From the IMG/VR virus record IMGVR_UViG_3300027672_000032, positions 1 through 37,300 of that record: a stretch of 37,300 nucleotides of DNA. One strand, 5' to 3'. Shown here in pieces: positions 1 through 10,280 of this stretch. The position numbers and the translations under genes are program-made. This stretch comes from a virus (taxonomy: Duplodnaviria; Caudoviricetes). Position 1 is the first letter of the stretch; every line of letters starts with the position of its first letter. The notes beneath the pieces were generated by a model, which saw nothing but the letters and a program-made list of their open reading frames with translations, was not told the origin of the DNA and searched no databases.

Positions 1-1
1 T

Positions 2-475
2 GAGAATCAAACTAAACAATTCATGGCTAATATGCAAGCGCAGGTTAGTCAGTTTAATGCCAGTCAGGTAAATGCAAATAACCAATTCAATGCTGGTCAA
101 GAGAATGCTGTCAGTCAGTTCAATGCACAGATTGAAAACCAACGTGATCAATTCAATGCACAAAATTCCTTAGTAGTAGCACAAGCTAATGCTCAGTGGC
201 GTCAGAACCTAACGACAATTAATACCTCTGCACAGAACGAGGCCAATGCTAATGCAGCCTTAGCTGCTAATGCGTTTACACAATCCACAATGGATCAGCT
301 ATGGCAGCGTGAGAGAGACATTATGGACTATGTTTACAAGTCGTCAGAGAGTGCTAAGGATCGTGCACTAAGTGTAGTGCTTGCAGATAAAACACTTGAA
401 GAATATCAAAAGGTTCGTGACAACGACGAAGAGACTTCAAAGTGGAAAACTCTCACGCAAATAATTCTAAGCTAA
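2..475 (+). CDS. C-terminal part of a probable virion (internal/core) protein, 5'-truncated by the window
   Basis: Frame is open from base 2 (ENQTKQF-MANM...). Q/N/A-rich with 11-aa periodic QFNA repeats. Lies in the cluster of internal virion genes. Confidence 0.7.
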   Translation, partial: ENQTKQFMANMQAQVSQFNASQVNANNQFNAGQENAVSQFNAQIENQRDQFNAQNSLVVAQANAQWRQNLTTINTSAQNEANANAALAANAFTQSTMDQLWQRERDIMDYVYKSSESAKDRALSVVLADKTLEEYQKVRDNDEETSKWKTLTQIILS

Positions 476-490
476 ACTAGGATAATAGTT

Positions 491-1324
491 ATGTATACAA
501 ACTTATTACTTTCTGCAAGAGAAGCTGCAGATCAAAGATTTGCTGAAAAGGGTTTTAATACAAGCTCTCTTCAATCCTTTGCCGTAGATAAAGGTAAACT
601 TGTCTCTAAGGTTAGCACAGGTTTAATAAATAAAAGACAAGTCTCTGATACTCCTGAGGTTGAGCAAGACGACTTCATGACAAACTACTACAACCGACTC
701 TACGAACAGAACAAAGATCTAAAAGAACAGGGTTCTGTTGAGGGTGGTGAGGCTGAGTTTGTGGGGGCTTTTAATCTACCAAAAGAATTGTCTGGTAAAA
801 AAGGTGTTGAAAATGCAGAGGTTGCAAGTTTCTCTTATTTTAATTCCAGCATAGTAGATAGAAAATTTAAAGGTAACTCTCGTGCAGCGGGGGATGCTTC
901 ACCAGAAGTACAGCAAAGAGTTATCATGTCCATCATAAACGAAGGTTCCAGGGCAGGTTTAACTGACAGAGAAATTGCAATTACATTGGCAATAGGTAGG
1001 CATGAGTCAGGTTTTAATCCAGATGCATCTGCAAAATCTAGCAGTGCTACAGGTATAGGACAATTTATTGACGACACTGGGACAGCCTATGGAATTAACG
1101 ACAGTAATCGCTGGGATCTTAATGCGCAAGTAGATGCTCTAGTAAATCATGTAGCTGATAATGCTGCGGCTGCACGTAAAAAAGGGTACGGAGAAGAATA
1201 CATCTATGCCCTACATCACGATGGACCTGCACTAGATAGGACTGGGCTTAGTAAGTCAAAGAAAAATGTAATGCCCTACGTAGATAAATACTTAAAATTA
1301 ATTAAAGATTTCAGAGGAAACTAA
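491..1324 (+). CDS. Internal virion protein with C-terminal lytic transglycosylase (SLT/lysozyme-like) domain
   Basis: Motif AIGRHESGFNPDA...SATGIGQFIDDT matches the SLT catalytic E-S and G-x-x-Q motifs. AGGA RBS upstream. Confidence 0.8.
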   Translation: MYTNLLLSAREAADQRFAEKGFNTSSLQSFAVDKGKLVSKVSTGLINKRQVSDTPEVEQDDFMTNYYNRLYEQNKDLKEQGSVEGGEAEFVGAFNLPKELSGKKGVENAEVASFSYFNSSIVDRKFKGNSRAAGDASPEVQQRVIMSIINEGSRAGLTDREIAITLAIGRHESGFNPDASAKSSSATGIGQFIDDTGTAYGINDSNRWDLNAQVDALVNHVADNAAAARKKGYGEEYIYALHHDGPALDRTGLSKSKKNVMPYVDKYLKLIKDFRGN

Positions 1325-1325
1325 T

Positions 1326-1841
1326 ATGTTTAGCGCACCAATACCAGGTCAGTCTCTCACCTCTGAACCTAAGAACTCCCCTTGGGAGAACCCAGCCCAG
1401 TTTGCAGATCCAGAAGAAGCTTTAATGTTTCACATGGACAGGCTGGGAAAACCTGATAAGATTAAATCTTCACTGGGCCTTCTTGAGCTTGGTCTGGATG
1501 TCGTTACTCTGACAGAAGGCATTCTAAGAAGTGCTGTTGTAGAGGGTAGGCACAGCGTAGATGTATCATTAATCATAGCCCCAATCATCCACGAGTATAT
1601 TGTGGGTAATGCAGATATTGCAGGTATTGAATATGAAGAAGGTCTTGATAAAGGTATTGATGATGAAAAGTTTAACTACGATATAGCTGAGTCAAAGTCT
1701 CGTAAGATACTAGATCAGATTGAAGATGGCGAGACTGATTTAGACCTAGAACCTGAAGTTAAAGATGAGCCTGTTCAAGAAGAAATGCAGCCAGAGGTTA
1801 TTGAAGAAAAACCTATGGGCTTAATGGCTAGGGGAGTATAA
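1326..1841 (+). CDS. Hypothetical virion-associated protein, acidic C-terminus
   Basis: 171-aa ORF tightly packed in the late operon, starting with APIPGQSLT. Confidence 0.7.
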   Translation: MFSAPIPGQSLTSEPKNSPWENPAQFADPEEALMFHMDRLGKPDKIKSSLGLLELGLDVVTLTEGILRSAVVEGRHSVDVSLIIAPIIHEYIVGNADIAGIEYEEGLDKGIDDEKFNYDIAESKSRKILDQIEDGETDLDLEPEVKDEPVQEEMQPEVIEEKPMGLMARGV

Positions 1842-1843
1842 CT

Positions 1844-2863
1844 ATGGGCATGTGGACAGGTGTTAGTCAGGGTTTTGATGCTGCTGAAGCAAAGAAAACT
1901 GAAGACCGTAAAATAGAGTTAGCTGAAGAACAGTTTGCAGAAGGTAAAAGACAGACCCGTTTAGAAATGCTTTTGAAATACGGCGAAGATTCTAAAAAGT
2001 CTACTAAAAAAGCTACGGATAAAGCTGGGGAAATGAAAAGACTTGTGGCAATTGGCTTACCCAAAGAAGTTGCTACATTCTTATCTGCAAGTGGTGAGGG
2101 TGCAGAACTTCTTAAACAATACGATAAAGTTGCTGTAGATAAAAGATCTAAAGATTGGTTAAAGAGCCTGACTAAACGGGTAGACAGTTATTTAGGTGAT
2201 GAAGCTAATGCAGAAAATTTTGCAAAAGCTTTTAAGGCCAGTATACTTAGTGGCGAAGACCTGTCTGATCCTGTAGGGCAAGAAGCTTCCTTAATACAAA
2301 GTATCTATGCTGCGACTACAACAGAAGATTTTAAAAATCTTGATGAGCAACTACTAAACATATTAACTGCTTCGTCCGGTACTGAACCTACAATCTCCGT
2401 TGATCCAGTGGGCATTAACTATTCTGGTATGGTTGCATTACCTGCAACAAGACTGAAAGCAATTGAAGCGGAGATTATAAGAAGGATCTCACCCAGTTTT
2501 GGTGGATTTTTTAAGGGCACTGATGAACTAGGTAACCTGATCTTAAATCCAGAGATCCCTGGCGCAGAGGCAGAGTCACTTAGAAACAACATTGATCAAG
2601 CTGTAGAGAGTGTAAAGAAAGGTTTGCAGAGTGCAGACTCCAGTGTTTCTGAACAGGAACTAATTCAAAATGCGGCTGATGTTATCAAAACCTACGCCAC
2701 TCAGCCAGAGGCTGAAGTAACAGTTGGGAGCGAAGAAGAGGCCTTAGGCGGAACAGTAATTCCTACGGGCAAACCAAAAGTAAATCCTGTTAGCAATGTT
2801 AGTGAAAGTTATAGTGAAAGACTTGAAAGAGTTCAGCGTGAAAAAGTTGGGGAGGTTAGGTAG
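1844..2863 (+). CDS. Probable internal virion (ejected) protein
   Basis: 339-aa helical-looking ORF with GGAG RBS, just before the largest gene of the arm, as in podovirus ejection-protein clusters (inference from position). Confidence 0.6.
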   Translation: MGMWTGVSQGFDAAEAKKTEDRKIELAEEQFAEGKRQTRLEMLLKYGEDSKKSTKKATDKAGEMKRLVAIGLPKEVATFLSASGEGAELLKQYDKVAVDKRSKDWLKSLTKRVDSYLGDEANAENFAKAFKASILSGEDLSDPVGQEASLIQSIYAATTTEDFKNLDEQLLNILTASSGTEPTISVDPVGINYSGMVALPATRLKAIEAEIIRRISPSFGGFFKGTDELGNLILNPEIPGAEAESLRNNIDQAVESVKKGLQSADSSVSEQELIQNAADVIKTYATQPEAEVTVGSEEEALGGTVIPTGKPKVNPVSNVSESYSERLERVQREKVGEVR

Positions 2864-2868
2864 AATCT

Positions 2869-5800
2869 ATGTCCTCATACTTGGAAGAAGTTAAAGGTAA
2901 AAATATTGTAGACATTAAAGATAACCCAGAGTTTCAGGATGACTTAATTAGGTTTATGTCAAGCTCCAGAAAAGACTGGAGTTTTGATGAGCTTGCTGAC
3001 AAAGATGTTGACTGGATGGTTGACGAGTATGTTGAGCATATGAGAAGCCAAGATGCAAACGAGGCTACTGCTCTGCAAGATCTTTACTTTGCTAGGGATA
3101 ATTCTGCAAAAGAATCTGAGAAGGCTGCTTTTGGTCGCCTGATGATGGCTTGGGATAACTCCGAGGGAGTTGGCACAGGTTATGCAAAAGGTACTGGAGA
3201 TTATCTTGAAGCTTTAGTAACTTCACCAGCTACACTTGCCACAGTATTCACTGGCGGTGCCTCTAAATTTGCCGCAGTTACCGCAAGTAAGGGTGTGCAA
3301 ATTGCTGCAAGATCTGCACTAGCAAATCTTATGTCCAGAGAGGGGGGTAAGCAAGCCCTAAAAGGATTTGTATCAGGTGCTGCTATTGAAGGTGCTGCTG
3401 CAGGTGCTCAGGTAGAGATGCAGGAAGGTGCTAGAGAAGCTGTAGTAGATAACTACAAAGGCATGTCTACTATAGATAAAGCTTTGACTATCGGTGTATC
3501 GGGCGCTTTTGGTGGTGGTGTTGGCAGTCTCTCAAGAGTAATGGATGCAAGGTCGGCCAATAAAGTTGGGGAAGTTTTAGAAAAACAATCAGTAGAAATT
3601 TCTAAATCTAAGGCAGCTGCAGCTAAAAAATCCGTGCAGAAATTAAAAGGTGCAAGTAAGTCTAAGGGTGGTGCTAAAAAAGTAGGTGCTATCGTCGATA
3701 GGATGTCAGCCCTTACAGAAATCCTTGTCCAAAAAGGTGCAAAGATAAACAAAAAAGATCCGCTTGATGCTAAGAAAATTGCCGAGGGTTTGGATGTAAA
3801 GAAAAACATTCTTACAGAGGGTGCTAATATTAATATCACTGCTGGGTTGTCTCGACATACCTTACAGAATATTACTGCAGCTGCTTTAGAGCTTAGTGAA
3901 AAAATAGAGTACGATCCTACAGGTACACAAAGAATAGGAGAGGCAGTCAGTAACGCACTTCTTTCAAAGGAGGGCGCACAACCCCTAATATCCACTAAAG
4001 AAATAGATAAGATTATCAGTGAGTATGGTTTAAGTCGGGAAGAGTTCAGCTATATCTTTCTATCTGATCTGTCTGAAGCAGGACGTACACTTGGTGAAGC
4101 TGGGCAAATATCTAAAGCCATGACAAAAGATATATACAGCAACATGGAAAATCTTTCTGATCGTGGTGTGTCGTTGTTTAACGAAGGTCTCGCCAGACAA
4201 GTAGCAGATACTGTGGGTACTGAAGGAGGAATCGGAAAAAGATTAGTAGACTTAGCCAAGGGTGCTGACTCAGTTCGTATTGCCTTTATGACTTCTCAGT
4301 TAGGTACAACAGCGGCAAACACAATGTTCTCTACGGCAAGGGTTGGTATTGATGCAGTTGATGAGATTTTTAGACAGACACTGAGGGTAGGTACTGGCCT
4401 AGTTACTGGTGAAAGAGTTCCACTCAGCAGCTTCCATGCAGTTACATCCACTATACGTGGTATGAGTATGGGTAAAAATGATGCTGTTCTTTTACAGGGT
4501 ATGTTTCAGAGAGACTTACCAGAAGAGTACATAAGAATATTTAAAGATGCAAGTCGTATAGACATGTCAACTGACAGCACAACTTGGCTTGGTTATATTG
4601 GTTCAGCTGTAAACTTATTAAACAGTGCTGTTGATAGTAGATTTAAACAAGCTGCTTTTTATTCCTCCGTAGATAGGCAGCTTATTGAGCAAGGTACCTC
4701 TCTTAAAAAGTGGCTTGGAGATAACGACTCACTAATTAATTTGCCTGAAAGTATAAGGGACAAGGCTGTATACGACTCATTAGATTTTGTATTTCAAAAA
4801 GGTTATAAAAAGTCAGATGGCATTGGTCCATCTATAGCCAACACTGTAATTAAAGCCAGTAAGGAAGCGCCCTTTGTAGTTACTGGGATTTTGGGTATGC
4901 CTTTCCCAAGGTACGTAGCTAATCACATTGAGTTCATCAACGACTATACACCTATTGCACTAATAACTGGCGGTAAGAAAAACTTTGATAGTATCTACGG
5001 ATCACCTATGAAAGATCCAACTACACGATGGGCAAGGCAGCTTACAGGTATTGGTATCTTCAGTGGTGCTGTATATGCTAGGTCATCTCAAGTAGAGTTT
5101 GATGAAGACGGTAAAGCTGTTGGAATGAAAACTAGTTTTGGGGACTTGCAGGTAGGGGATGAGGGTGAAGTCTCTAGACTAGGACGTGTATCTGGTCCGG
5201 TAGCTGCACATGCTCTACTCGCTGATCTATATGTTCGTTGGAAATACGGACTCCCCACACCAAAGAAAAGTGAAGTCATCACAGACGCACTAGATGTTGG
5301 CGGTGGCTTAGGTAATATGGGTTTTGATAGTGGACTAGTCTCTGATGTTAAACGTGCGGTAGACACAGGAGAATGGGGGGCAGGGCTGGTTAATAGGTTT
5401 GCCGATGTTGCTGCCACATTTACTTACCCTGCGACAGTGTTCAGAGATCTTCAGGGCAACCTAGATCCAGAATTAAGCTACGTGCCATACACTAGAAGCT
5501 TGATGATGGGGGATGAAACTACTGATAGGGCTAATCTTTTAGACATCATGATGGCAGATAGTGAAGCCTTTAATCGTATGGTAAGGATGTTACCTGAGAC
5601 TACACTTACTCAGTACACTCAAAGTCTAAACGGTAAAACTTCTATTCCACTCTATGATCCCTTTGGTAAAGGTCCAGCTAGATCAATCAACCCAATGACT
5701 AAACAAATCTTTGGGGTCGAAAGAAAAGAAGCACCAACAGAAATAAAAAAAGCTCTTACCACACTTGGTATGAAAGAGTGGAAGCTGTATAAAAAGAGTA

Positions 5801-6249
5801 CTATTAGAAATCCTTCTATGGATTTATTAGTTAGAAAGGGTATGTCTGAATATATTCATGGAGCCTTTGATAAGTTTAGGTCAAAACCTTTGCAAATCCA
5901 AGGTAAGAATGTCATGTGGGATGATTTAAACCCTGAGCTTCAAGCAGATCAACTTAAAAAGTTTATAGCTAAGAGTGTGACTGAAGTGTCTGAAAGAGTA
6001 GAGGGATACTTCGAGGAGTTGTCAACTAGGAAACCAAAACTTGCAGCAGGGTACCTGAGAAATGCCTATGTAATACAAGAAAGAAGCTCCCTCACTAGCT
6101 ACTTTCAGACTGCTGCTAAAAGTTTAAGTAAGGGAGCTTTTGAAGATGCTGATGAGTACATTGCTGACTCAGAAACTATTGAAGAAGAGTTGAATAGGCG
6201 TAGAGAAATACTACGTGTAGTTAGTTTAATAGAAGATAGGTTAAATTAA
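2869..6249 (+). CDS. Large internal virion (ejection) protein
   Basis: 1126 aa with Ala/Gly-rich hydrophobic segments. GGAGG RBS. Last gene of the + arm. Confidence 0.65.
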   Translation: MSSYLEEVKGKNIVDIKDNPEFQDDLIRFMSSSRKDWSFDELADKDVDWMVDEYVEHMRSQDANEATALQDLYFARDNSAKESEKAAFGRLMMAWDNSEGVGTGYAKGTGDYLEALVTSPATLATVFTGGASKFAAVTASKGVQIAARSALANLMSREGGKQALKGFVSGAAIEGAAAGAQVEMQEGAREAVVDNYKGMSTIDKALTIGVSGAFGGGVGSLSRVMDARSANKVGEVLEKQSVEISKSKAAAAKKSVQKLKGASKSKGGAKKVGAIVDRMSALTEILVQKGAKINKKDPLDAKKIAEGLDVKKNILTEGANINITAGLSRHTLQNITAAALELSEKIEYDPTGTQRIGEAVSNALLSKEGAQPLISTKEIDKIISEYGLSREEFSYIFLSDLSEAGRTLGEAGQISKAMTKDIYSNMENLSDRGVSLFNEGLARQVADTVGTEGGIGKRLVDLAKGADSVRIAFMTSQLGTTAANTMFSTARVGIDAVDEIFRQTLRVGTGLVTGERVPLSSFHAVTSTIRGMSMGKNDAVLLQGMFQRDLPEEYIRIFKDASRIDMSTDSTTWLGYIGSAVNLLNSAVDSRFKQAAFYSSVDRQLIEQGTSLKKWLGDNDSLINLPESIRDKAVYDSLDFVFQKGYKKSDGIGPSIANTVIKASKEAPFVVTGILGMPFPRYVANHIEFINDYTPIALITGGKKNFDSIYGSPMKDPTTRWARQLTGIGIFSGAVYARSSQVEFDEDGKAVGMKTSFGDLQVGDEGEVSRLGRVSGPVAAHALLADLYVRWKYGLPTPKKSEVITDALDVGGGLGNMGFDSGLVSDVKRAVDTGEWGAGLVNRFADVAATFTYPATVFRDLQGNLDPELSYVPYTRSLMMGDETTDRANLLDIMMADSEAFNRMVRMLPETTLTQYTQSLNGKTSIPLYDPFGKGPARSINPMTKQIFGVERKEAPTEIKKALTTLGMKEWKLYKKSTIRNPSMDLLVRKGMSEYIHGAFDKFRSKPLQIQGKNVMWDDLNPELQADQLKKFIAKSVTEVSERVEGYFEELSTRKPKLAAGYLRNAYVIQERSSLTSYFQTAAKSLSKGAFEDADEYIADSETIEEELNRRREILRVVSLIEDRLN

Positions 6250-6479
6250 TCCTCCTCTAACATCCTGTCTGCCCACTCATAGGCTTCACGCCTAATCTCG
6301 TCCAACCTAATGAACCCCTGACTTCTAGAAAGTAATCCTGCAAGTGCTTGACCTGCGAGATATGTTCTAGCCGTCAGGGGTTTATCTTTTGGAACCTTGG
6401 TTTGTTTAAACTCCCTAGCTTCCTGTAGCAATGTGTTCTCTTTCTTTGGCCTACCTCGTGGCCTACCAGTGCTGCTCAT
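6246..6479 (-). CDS. Small protein with N-terminal AT-hook-like motif
   Basis: GRPRGRPKK at the N-terminus. C-terminal R-x-YLAGQAL-x-GLL...AY-x-x-AD-x-ML helix pair is typical of small phage proteins. ATGA overlap with phoH. Confidence 0.75.
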   Translation of the reverse strand: MSSTGRPRGRPKKENTLLQEAREFKQTKVPKDKPLTARTYLAGQALAGLLSRSQGFIRLDEIRREAYEWADRMLEED

Positions 6480-7189
6480 ATTTTCTCCTTAAGAAAGACC
6501 TTAACCCACTGTGCACAGATGTCACTTCTTATGATGTCGTCAACCCCAAACTCAATAACAGGTACAGGTAGTAGGTGTTTCTTAGCTAGGTGAATAACTT
6601 TAGACAAACCGTCACCAGCAGGTAAGTCACTCTGTTGCACATCCCCATTTAAAACAATCCGACTATCTTCACCTACCCTAGTGAGTAACATCTTTAACTC
6701 GTGAGTAGTTATGTTCTGAGTTTCATCTACAATAATAAAAGAATTATCAAAACTACGCCCACGCATGAGGGCAAGAGGTGCCATCTCAATGTTACCATTC
6801 TTAATACCCGTCTCTACTGCACCCTTACCAAGGTGCTTTATTAATACATCGAGTACAGGCAATGCCCAAGGGTAAGTCTTTTCCTCCAGAGTTCCTGGAA
6901 GATACCCGATGTCTTTACCCACTGTGACGTGGGGTCTTGTGATAACAATCCTATCAATTTCTTTTGTCGTGTATAGGTCAGCTGCATATGTGGCAGTGAC
7001 GTAAGTCTTACCTGTACCAGCTGGACCTAAAATAAAAACTTGATTACTACTAATTAAAGCAGTTATCAAATCTCTCTGAGTGTTTGTCTTCGGTACTATC
7101 CCCGATGTTTCTTTCTTAACGGCACCCTTATAGTTAGTCTTTCGACGTGATCGTGTTTGTTTCTTAGGTGGCTCAAGAGAATTGATCAT
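6476..7189 (-). CDS. phoH: PhoH-family ATPase
   Basis: GPAGTGKT Walker A, IGYLPG, MRGRSF, IIVDETQN, LTRVGE and GDVQQSD motifs. Confidence 0.95.
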   Translation of the reverse strand: MINSLEPPKKQTRSRRKTNYKGAVKKETSGIVPKTNTQRDLITALISSNQVFILGPAGTGKTYVTATYAADLYTTKEIDRIVITRPHVTVGKDIGYLPGTLEEKTYPWALPVLDVLIKHLGKGAVETGIKNGNIEMAPLALMRGRSFDNSFIIVDETQNITTHELKMLLTRVGEDSRIVLNGDVQQSDLPAGDGLSKVIHLAKKHLLPVPVIEFGVDDIIRSDICAQWVKVFLKEKI

Positions 7190-7632
7190 AGCTTAACTAG
7201 CTCTGCTTTCTTGTAAGGGATGTGAAAGAATAACTCTCCAGGTTTAATGTACCTACCTTTAGCTTCCTTAAGGCTCTCCTTCGTAAGCAAGGTATCCTTG
7301 ATACGCCATGCTTGCTTAAGGTCTTTACGGAACACATAGAAGTTCAGCACACCATCATCACCCTCGTACTTATCAAGTAACCTTTGCTTTCTTTCGGGGA
7401 TACGGATCTCATCCCAATGCTCAGGCCAATCATTCTCCCAAGCTACTTTAACTTCAGCTTCGTTTAGAAATGTAAGCCCATGTTTCTGCGACACAACATC
7501 TACAAAGTAATTCTCCTCTGTGTTTACGATCACATGGTCTTTAGATTCTAGGTGGGAAACAAGTGCATCCTTTGCCTGTTTATCATAAGCTTCGTATAGT
7601 GCACGGCTAAAGTTCTTACGTACTGCTGTCAT
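7186..7632 (-). CDS. Hypothetical protein, possible PD-(D/E)xK-fold nuclease
   Basis: VD...EAEVK pattern resembles D...E-x-K. Overlaps both neighbours. Confidence 0.55.
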   Translation of the reverse strand: MTAVRKNFSRALYEAYDKQAKDALVSHLESKDHVIVNTEENYFVDVVSQKHGLTFLNEAEVKVAWENDWPEHWDEIRIPERKQRLLDKYEGDDGVLNFYVFRKDLKQAWRIKDTLLTKESLKEAKGRYIKPGELFFHIPYKKAELVKL

Positions 7633-7852
7633 CTAAAAGTTCCTTTAGTTCTGTGTAACCACCTATGTGATCACCTTTGGGGTTAAAGATCTGAGGTACT
7701 GTTGTAATACCTCCTTGCTTAGTCAGTGTCAACAACCATCTACTACTTGGGGAGTCTAGGGCATACGATGTGAACATATGCCCCTTACCCTTAAGTAGTG
7801 CCTTAGCTGAATCACAGAAGTTACACTGTGTTCTACCTAACACTACCCACAT
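7616..7852 (-). CDS. grx: Glutaredoxin
   Basis: CNFC active site, TVPQIF and HIGGY motifs. Adjacent to RNR. Confidence 0.92.
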   Translation of the reverse strand: MWVVLGRTQCNFCDSAKALLKGKGHMFTSYALDSPSSRWLLTLTKQGGITTVPQIFNPKGDHIGGYTELKELLDDSST

Positions 7853-9747
7853 CAGACTAGATCCACAATCTCACATGAGTCACCAGAACAAGCTAGTGTC
7901 TGGCTACCTGATGTGTTGTCTTCACTCTCGTACTCTGAAAGATCAGACCAGTCAATCTTCTTAGGCATCTTATCTAACATCTCTTGATACGTTGCTTCGT
8001 CACAGTCTTGGTATGGTGCCTGTTGATACGTGTGTTCATTGAACGGCAGGAAAGATACACCTGACATCTCATCGAAGTGTTTGTACACGAAGGCACCTAC
8101 CTCTAACCATTCCTCTGACTTAACATTGATAGTCACACTTGGCTTATGCTCACACCAGTTACGTTGGTACATCAACCACATCTCTAGTTGCTCAATGGCT
8201 GTCATGTCAGCAGTACAGGTAGCCCCTACTGGAGCCTTCTGTGGGAAGCTGAACACTGTAGTCTGGTCAGGCTTAAAGGCATCAGGTTCGTTAGGAATAC
8301 CTTGGTCCTTCATGAACTGTGTTAGAGGGTCTTTGTTGTCACCTCTGACGGTACGGATATAGTAGGGGCTGTGTCTGGCATGGATTCCACTGGCGCTGTC
8401 AACCAGTTGTGAAACGGTCCCGCTAGGCTTAACACAGCTGATAGCAGCAGCAACAGGGATACCGAGAATACCAGCCCATTGTACATTGGTAGCCACAGCA
8501 ACTTCTTTAAGGTGAGCAAGGGTCTTTTCCAATCCATTATTCTTAAGTGTCATCAATGGGTTATCCATGATGCCTGTTAGTGACACACCCAACAGACGTT
8601 CTTCTGCTGTGTTGGTAGTCCACTGCTTACGCAAGTATGGGAACTTAATGAAGGTTGACTGGATCGTACCCAAGATTGTAGCTAGGCGTACCTTCTCAGA
8701 CAGTGTCTCCAATGTATCAGTAGCACGTACTACACACTCGGTTAGGTTGCAGAACTGTGATGGACGTAATATAATTTCGCTGCACGGGTTAGTCCCGAAC
8801 TCATAGTTAGGATCACGACGACCATTCTTAGCTGCCTGTTTCTTTGATGCTTCACGGTTAAAGATACCACGTTCACCTGAGCCAGACTCAACCAATGACA
8901 TCCATTCTTTCATGAAGGACAAGTTGTCAGGCTTCTCAGTGTATGAGACAGAGTTGTTAGCTAATGCACGTTGTGGGTTATTCTCCCACCATGCACCAGA
9001 CTTAGCTGAACGCATACGATCATCAGATAAATTACTCAATGAAATCATAGCTGATCGGCGTACACCACCAACTACTACTACCTCACCGATCTTACACATG
9101 ATGTCGTGACACTCAACAGAGTTAAGCTTACGGCCCGATGCCTTCTTGAATGTAGCAATGGTGAAGTTAAACAAGTCAATCAATGGCGCTGGGCCAGAAG
9201 CACGACCACCGAATGTCTTGAGTGGTGCACCAGCTGGACGTACTCGTGTCACATCCCATGTAGGAACTTCACCACTATACAGCAGTGCAATAAGTTGACG
9301 TAGAGACTTAGCCCAACCTTCCTTGCTATCCTTTACGACAATGTTAGTCTCACTCTCGAATAATTCAGGGACTTCAGGAAGCTTCGTGATAGACTGACGT
9401 TCAACACTGAAGCCTACACCAGTACCACATAGCAGGATAAACATAGCCTCATCGAAGGACTTAAGATCATCTACGGCTAGGTAGCTACAGTTGTACATAC
9501 AGGTGTTGTCACGATCAGCAGCGGCACCAGCTGTCATCAGTGACCGCATGGATGGCATAACCTCTAGGCCAAGGATGGCTTCCTCAAGCTGTCTCTTAGT
9601 AGCAGGGTCAACCATGTCACGAATGACGTTCGTAGAGAAACGTGTGACTGTATCGTCCCATGACTCACGTCCCGAACCCTCATGGTACTTAGCATACCGT
9701 GACTTGTGAATGAATGCTTGGTAGTCTGTTGGTAGGTGGTTGTTCAT
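7852..9747 (-). CDS. nrdJ: Class II (adenosylcobalamin-dependent) ribonucleotide reductase
   Basis: PSMR, NCS, GTGVGFS, GGVRRSA, TNPCSEI, VKPSGTVS and C-terminal C-x4-C (CSGDSC). No beta subunit gene nearby. Confidence 0.93.
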   Translation of the reverse strand: MNNHLPTDYQAFIHKSRYAKYHEGSGRESWDDTVTRFSTNVIRDMVDPATKRQLEEAILGLEVMPSMRSLMTAGAAADRDNTCMYNCSYLAVDDLKSFDEAMFILLCGTGVGFSVERQSITKLPEVPELFESETNIVVKDSKEGWAKSLRQLIALLYSGEVPTWDVTRVRPAGAPLKTFGGRASGPAPLIDLFNFTIATFKKASGRKLNSVECHDIMCKIGEVVVVGGVRRSAMISLSNLSDDRMRSAKSGAWWENNPQRALANNSVSYTEKPDNLSFMKEWMSLVESGSGERGIFNREASKKQAAKNGRRDPNYEFGTNPCSEIILRPSQFCNLTECVVRATDTLETLSEKVRLATILGTIQSTFIKFPYLRKQWTTNTAEERLLGVSLTGIMDNPLMTLKNNGLEKTLAHLKEVAVATNVQWAGILGIPVAAAISCVKPSGTVSQLVDSASGIHARHSPYYIRTVRGDNKDPLTQFMKDQGIPNEPDAFKPDQTTVFSFPQKAPVGATCTADMTAIEQLEMWLMYQRNWCEHKPSVTINVKSEEWLEVGAFVYKHFDEMSGVSFLPFNEHTYQQAPYQDCDEATYQEMLDKMPKKIDWSDLSEYESEDNTSGSQTLACSGDSCEIVDLV

Positions 9748-10118
9748 CGAGTGTCTCCCGAACCTTGTAGGGTTCCTTTTTGTTTACGGCTGTATAACTT
9801 CTCTAAGTTAGACTTAGCTACATCTTCCATGTCTACGTTAAGGTCACGGCAGAGTGCAGCTATATACCAGAGGCAGTCGCCTATCTCAGCAACCAGTGCA
9901 GGTTTATCTAGCTTACCGTCACGTATGATCTTCTTAACTTTATTAGCTACCTCACCTGCCTCACCTGCCAGACCTAATGCAGGGTAAGTGATGGCATGTT
10001 GTGTAGGGTATATTGCAGTACCAGAAGCTGCGTTTTGGTATGAGCTTAGCGTCATGTTCTTGTATAGGCTACTGTCTTTGTAGTAGTCCCAAGTTTCTAT
10101 GTCTTTATCTTTAGTCAT
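9744..10118 (-). CDS. mazG: MazG-like nucleotide pyrophosphohydrolase
   Basis: LGLAGEAGEVANKVKK...EIGDCLWY...NLEKL...R...GSGD motifs. Confidence 0.9.
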   Translation of the reverse strand: MTKDKDIETWDYYKDSSLYKNMTLSSYQNAASGTAIYPTQHAITYPALGLAGEAGEVANKVKKIIRDGKLDKPALVAEIGDCLWYIAALCRDLNVDMEDVAKSNLEKLYSRKQKGTLQGSGDTR

Positions 10119-10269
10119 TCATTACCTCACAATCTATTACACGTATGTCATCAATGTCATAAAGAGCATACTGTATTTGCTCTGCTATAACCTCTGCATT
10201 GTTACCAAAAGCCTCTAAAAAATTGGCAGATTCATCTACTGAAATGGTTAAGTTTATTTGAAATAACAT
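10111..10269 (-). CDS. Small acidic hypothetical protein (52 aa), not in ORF track
   Basis: Hand translation MLFQINLTISVDESANFLEAFGNNAEVIAEQIQYALYDIDDIRVIDCEVMND. AGGAG RBS. Fills the gap and overlaps the mazG start. Confidence 0.75.
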   Translation of the reverse strand: MLFQINLTISVDESANFLEAFGNNAEVIAEQIQYALYDIDDIRVIDCEVMND

Positions 10270-10280
10270 AGCAGAAACTC

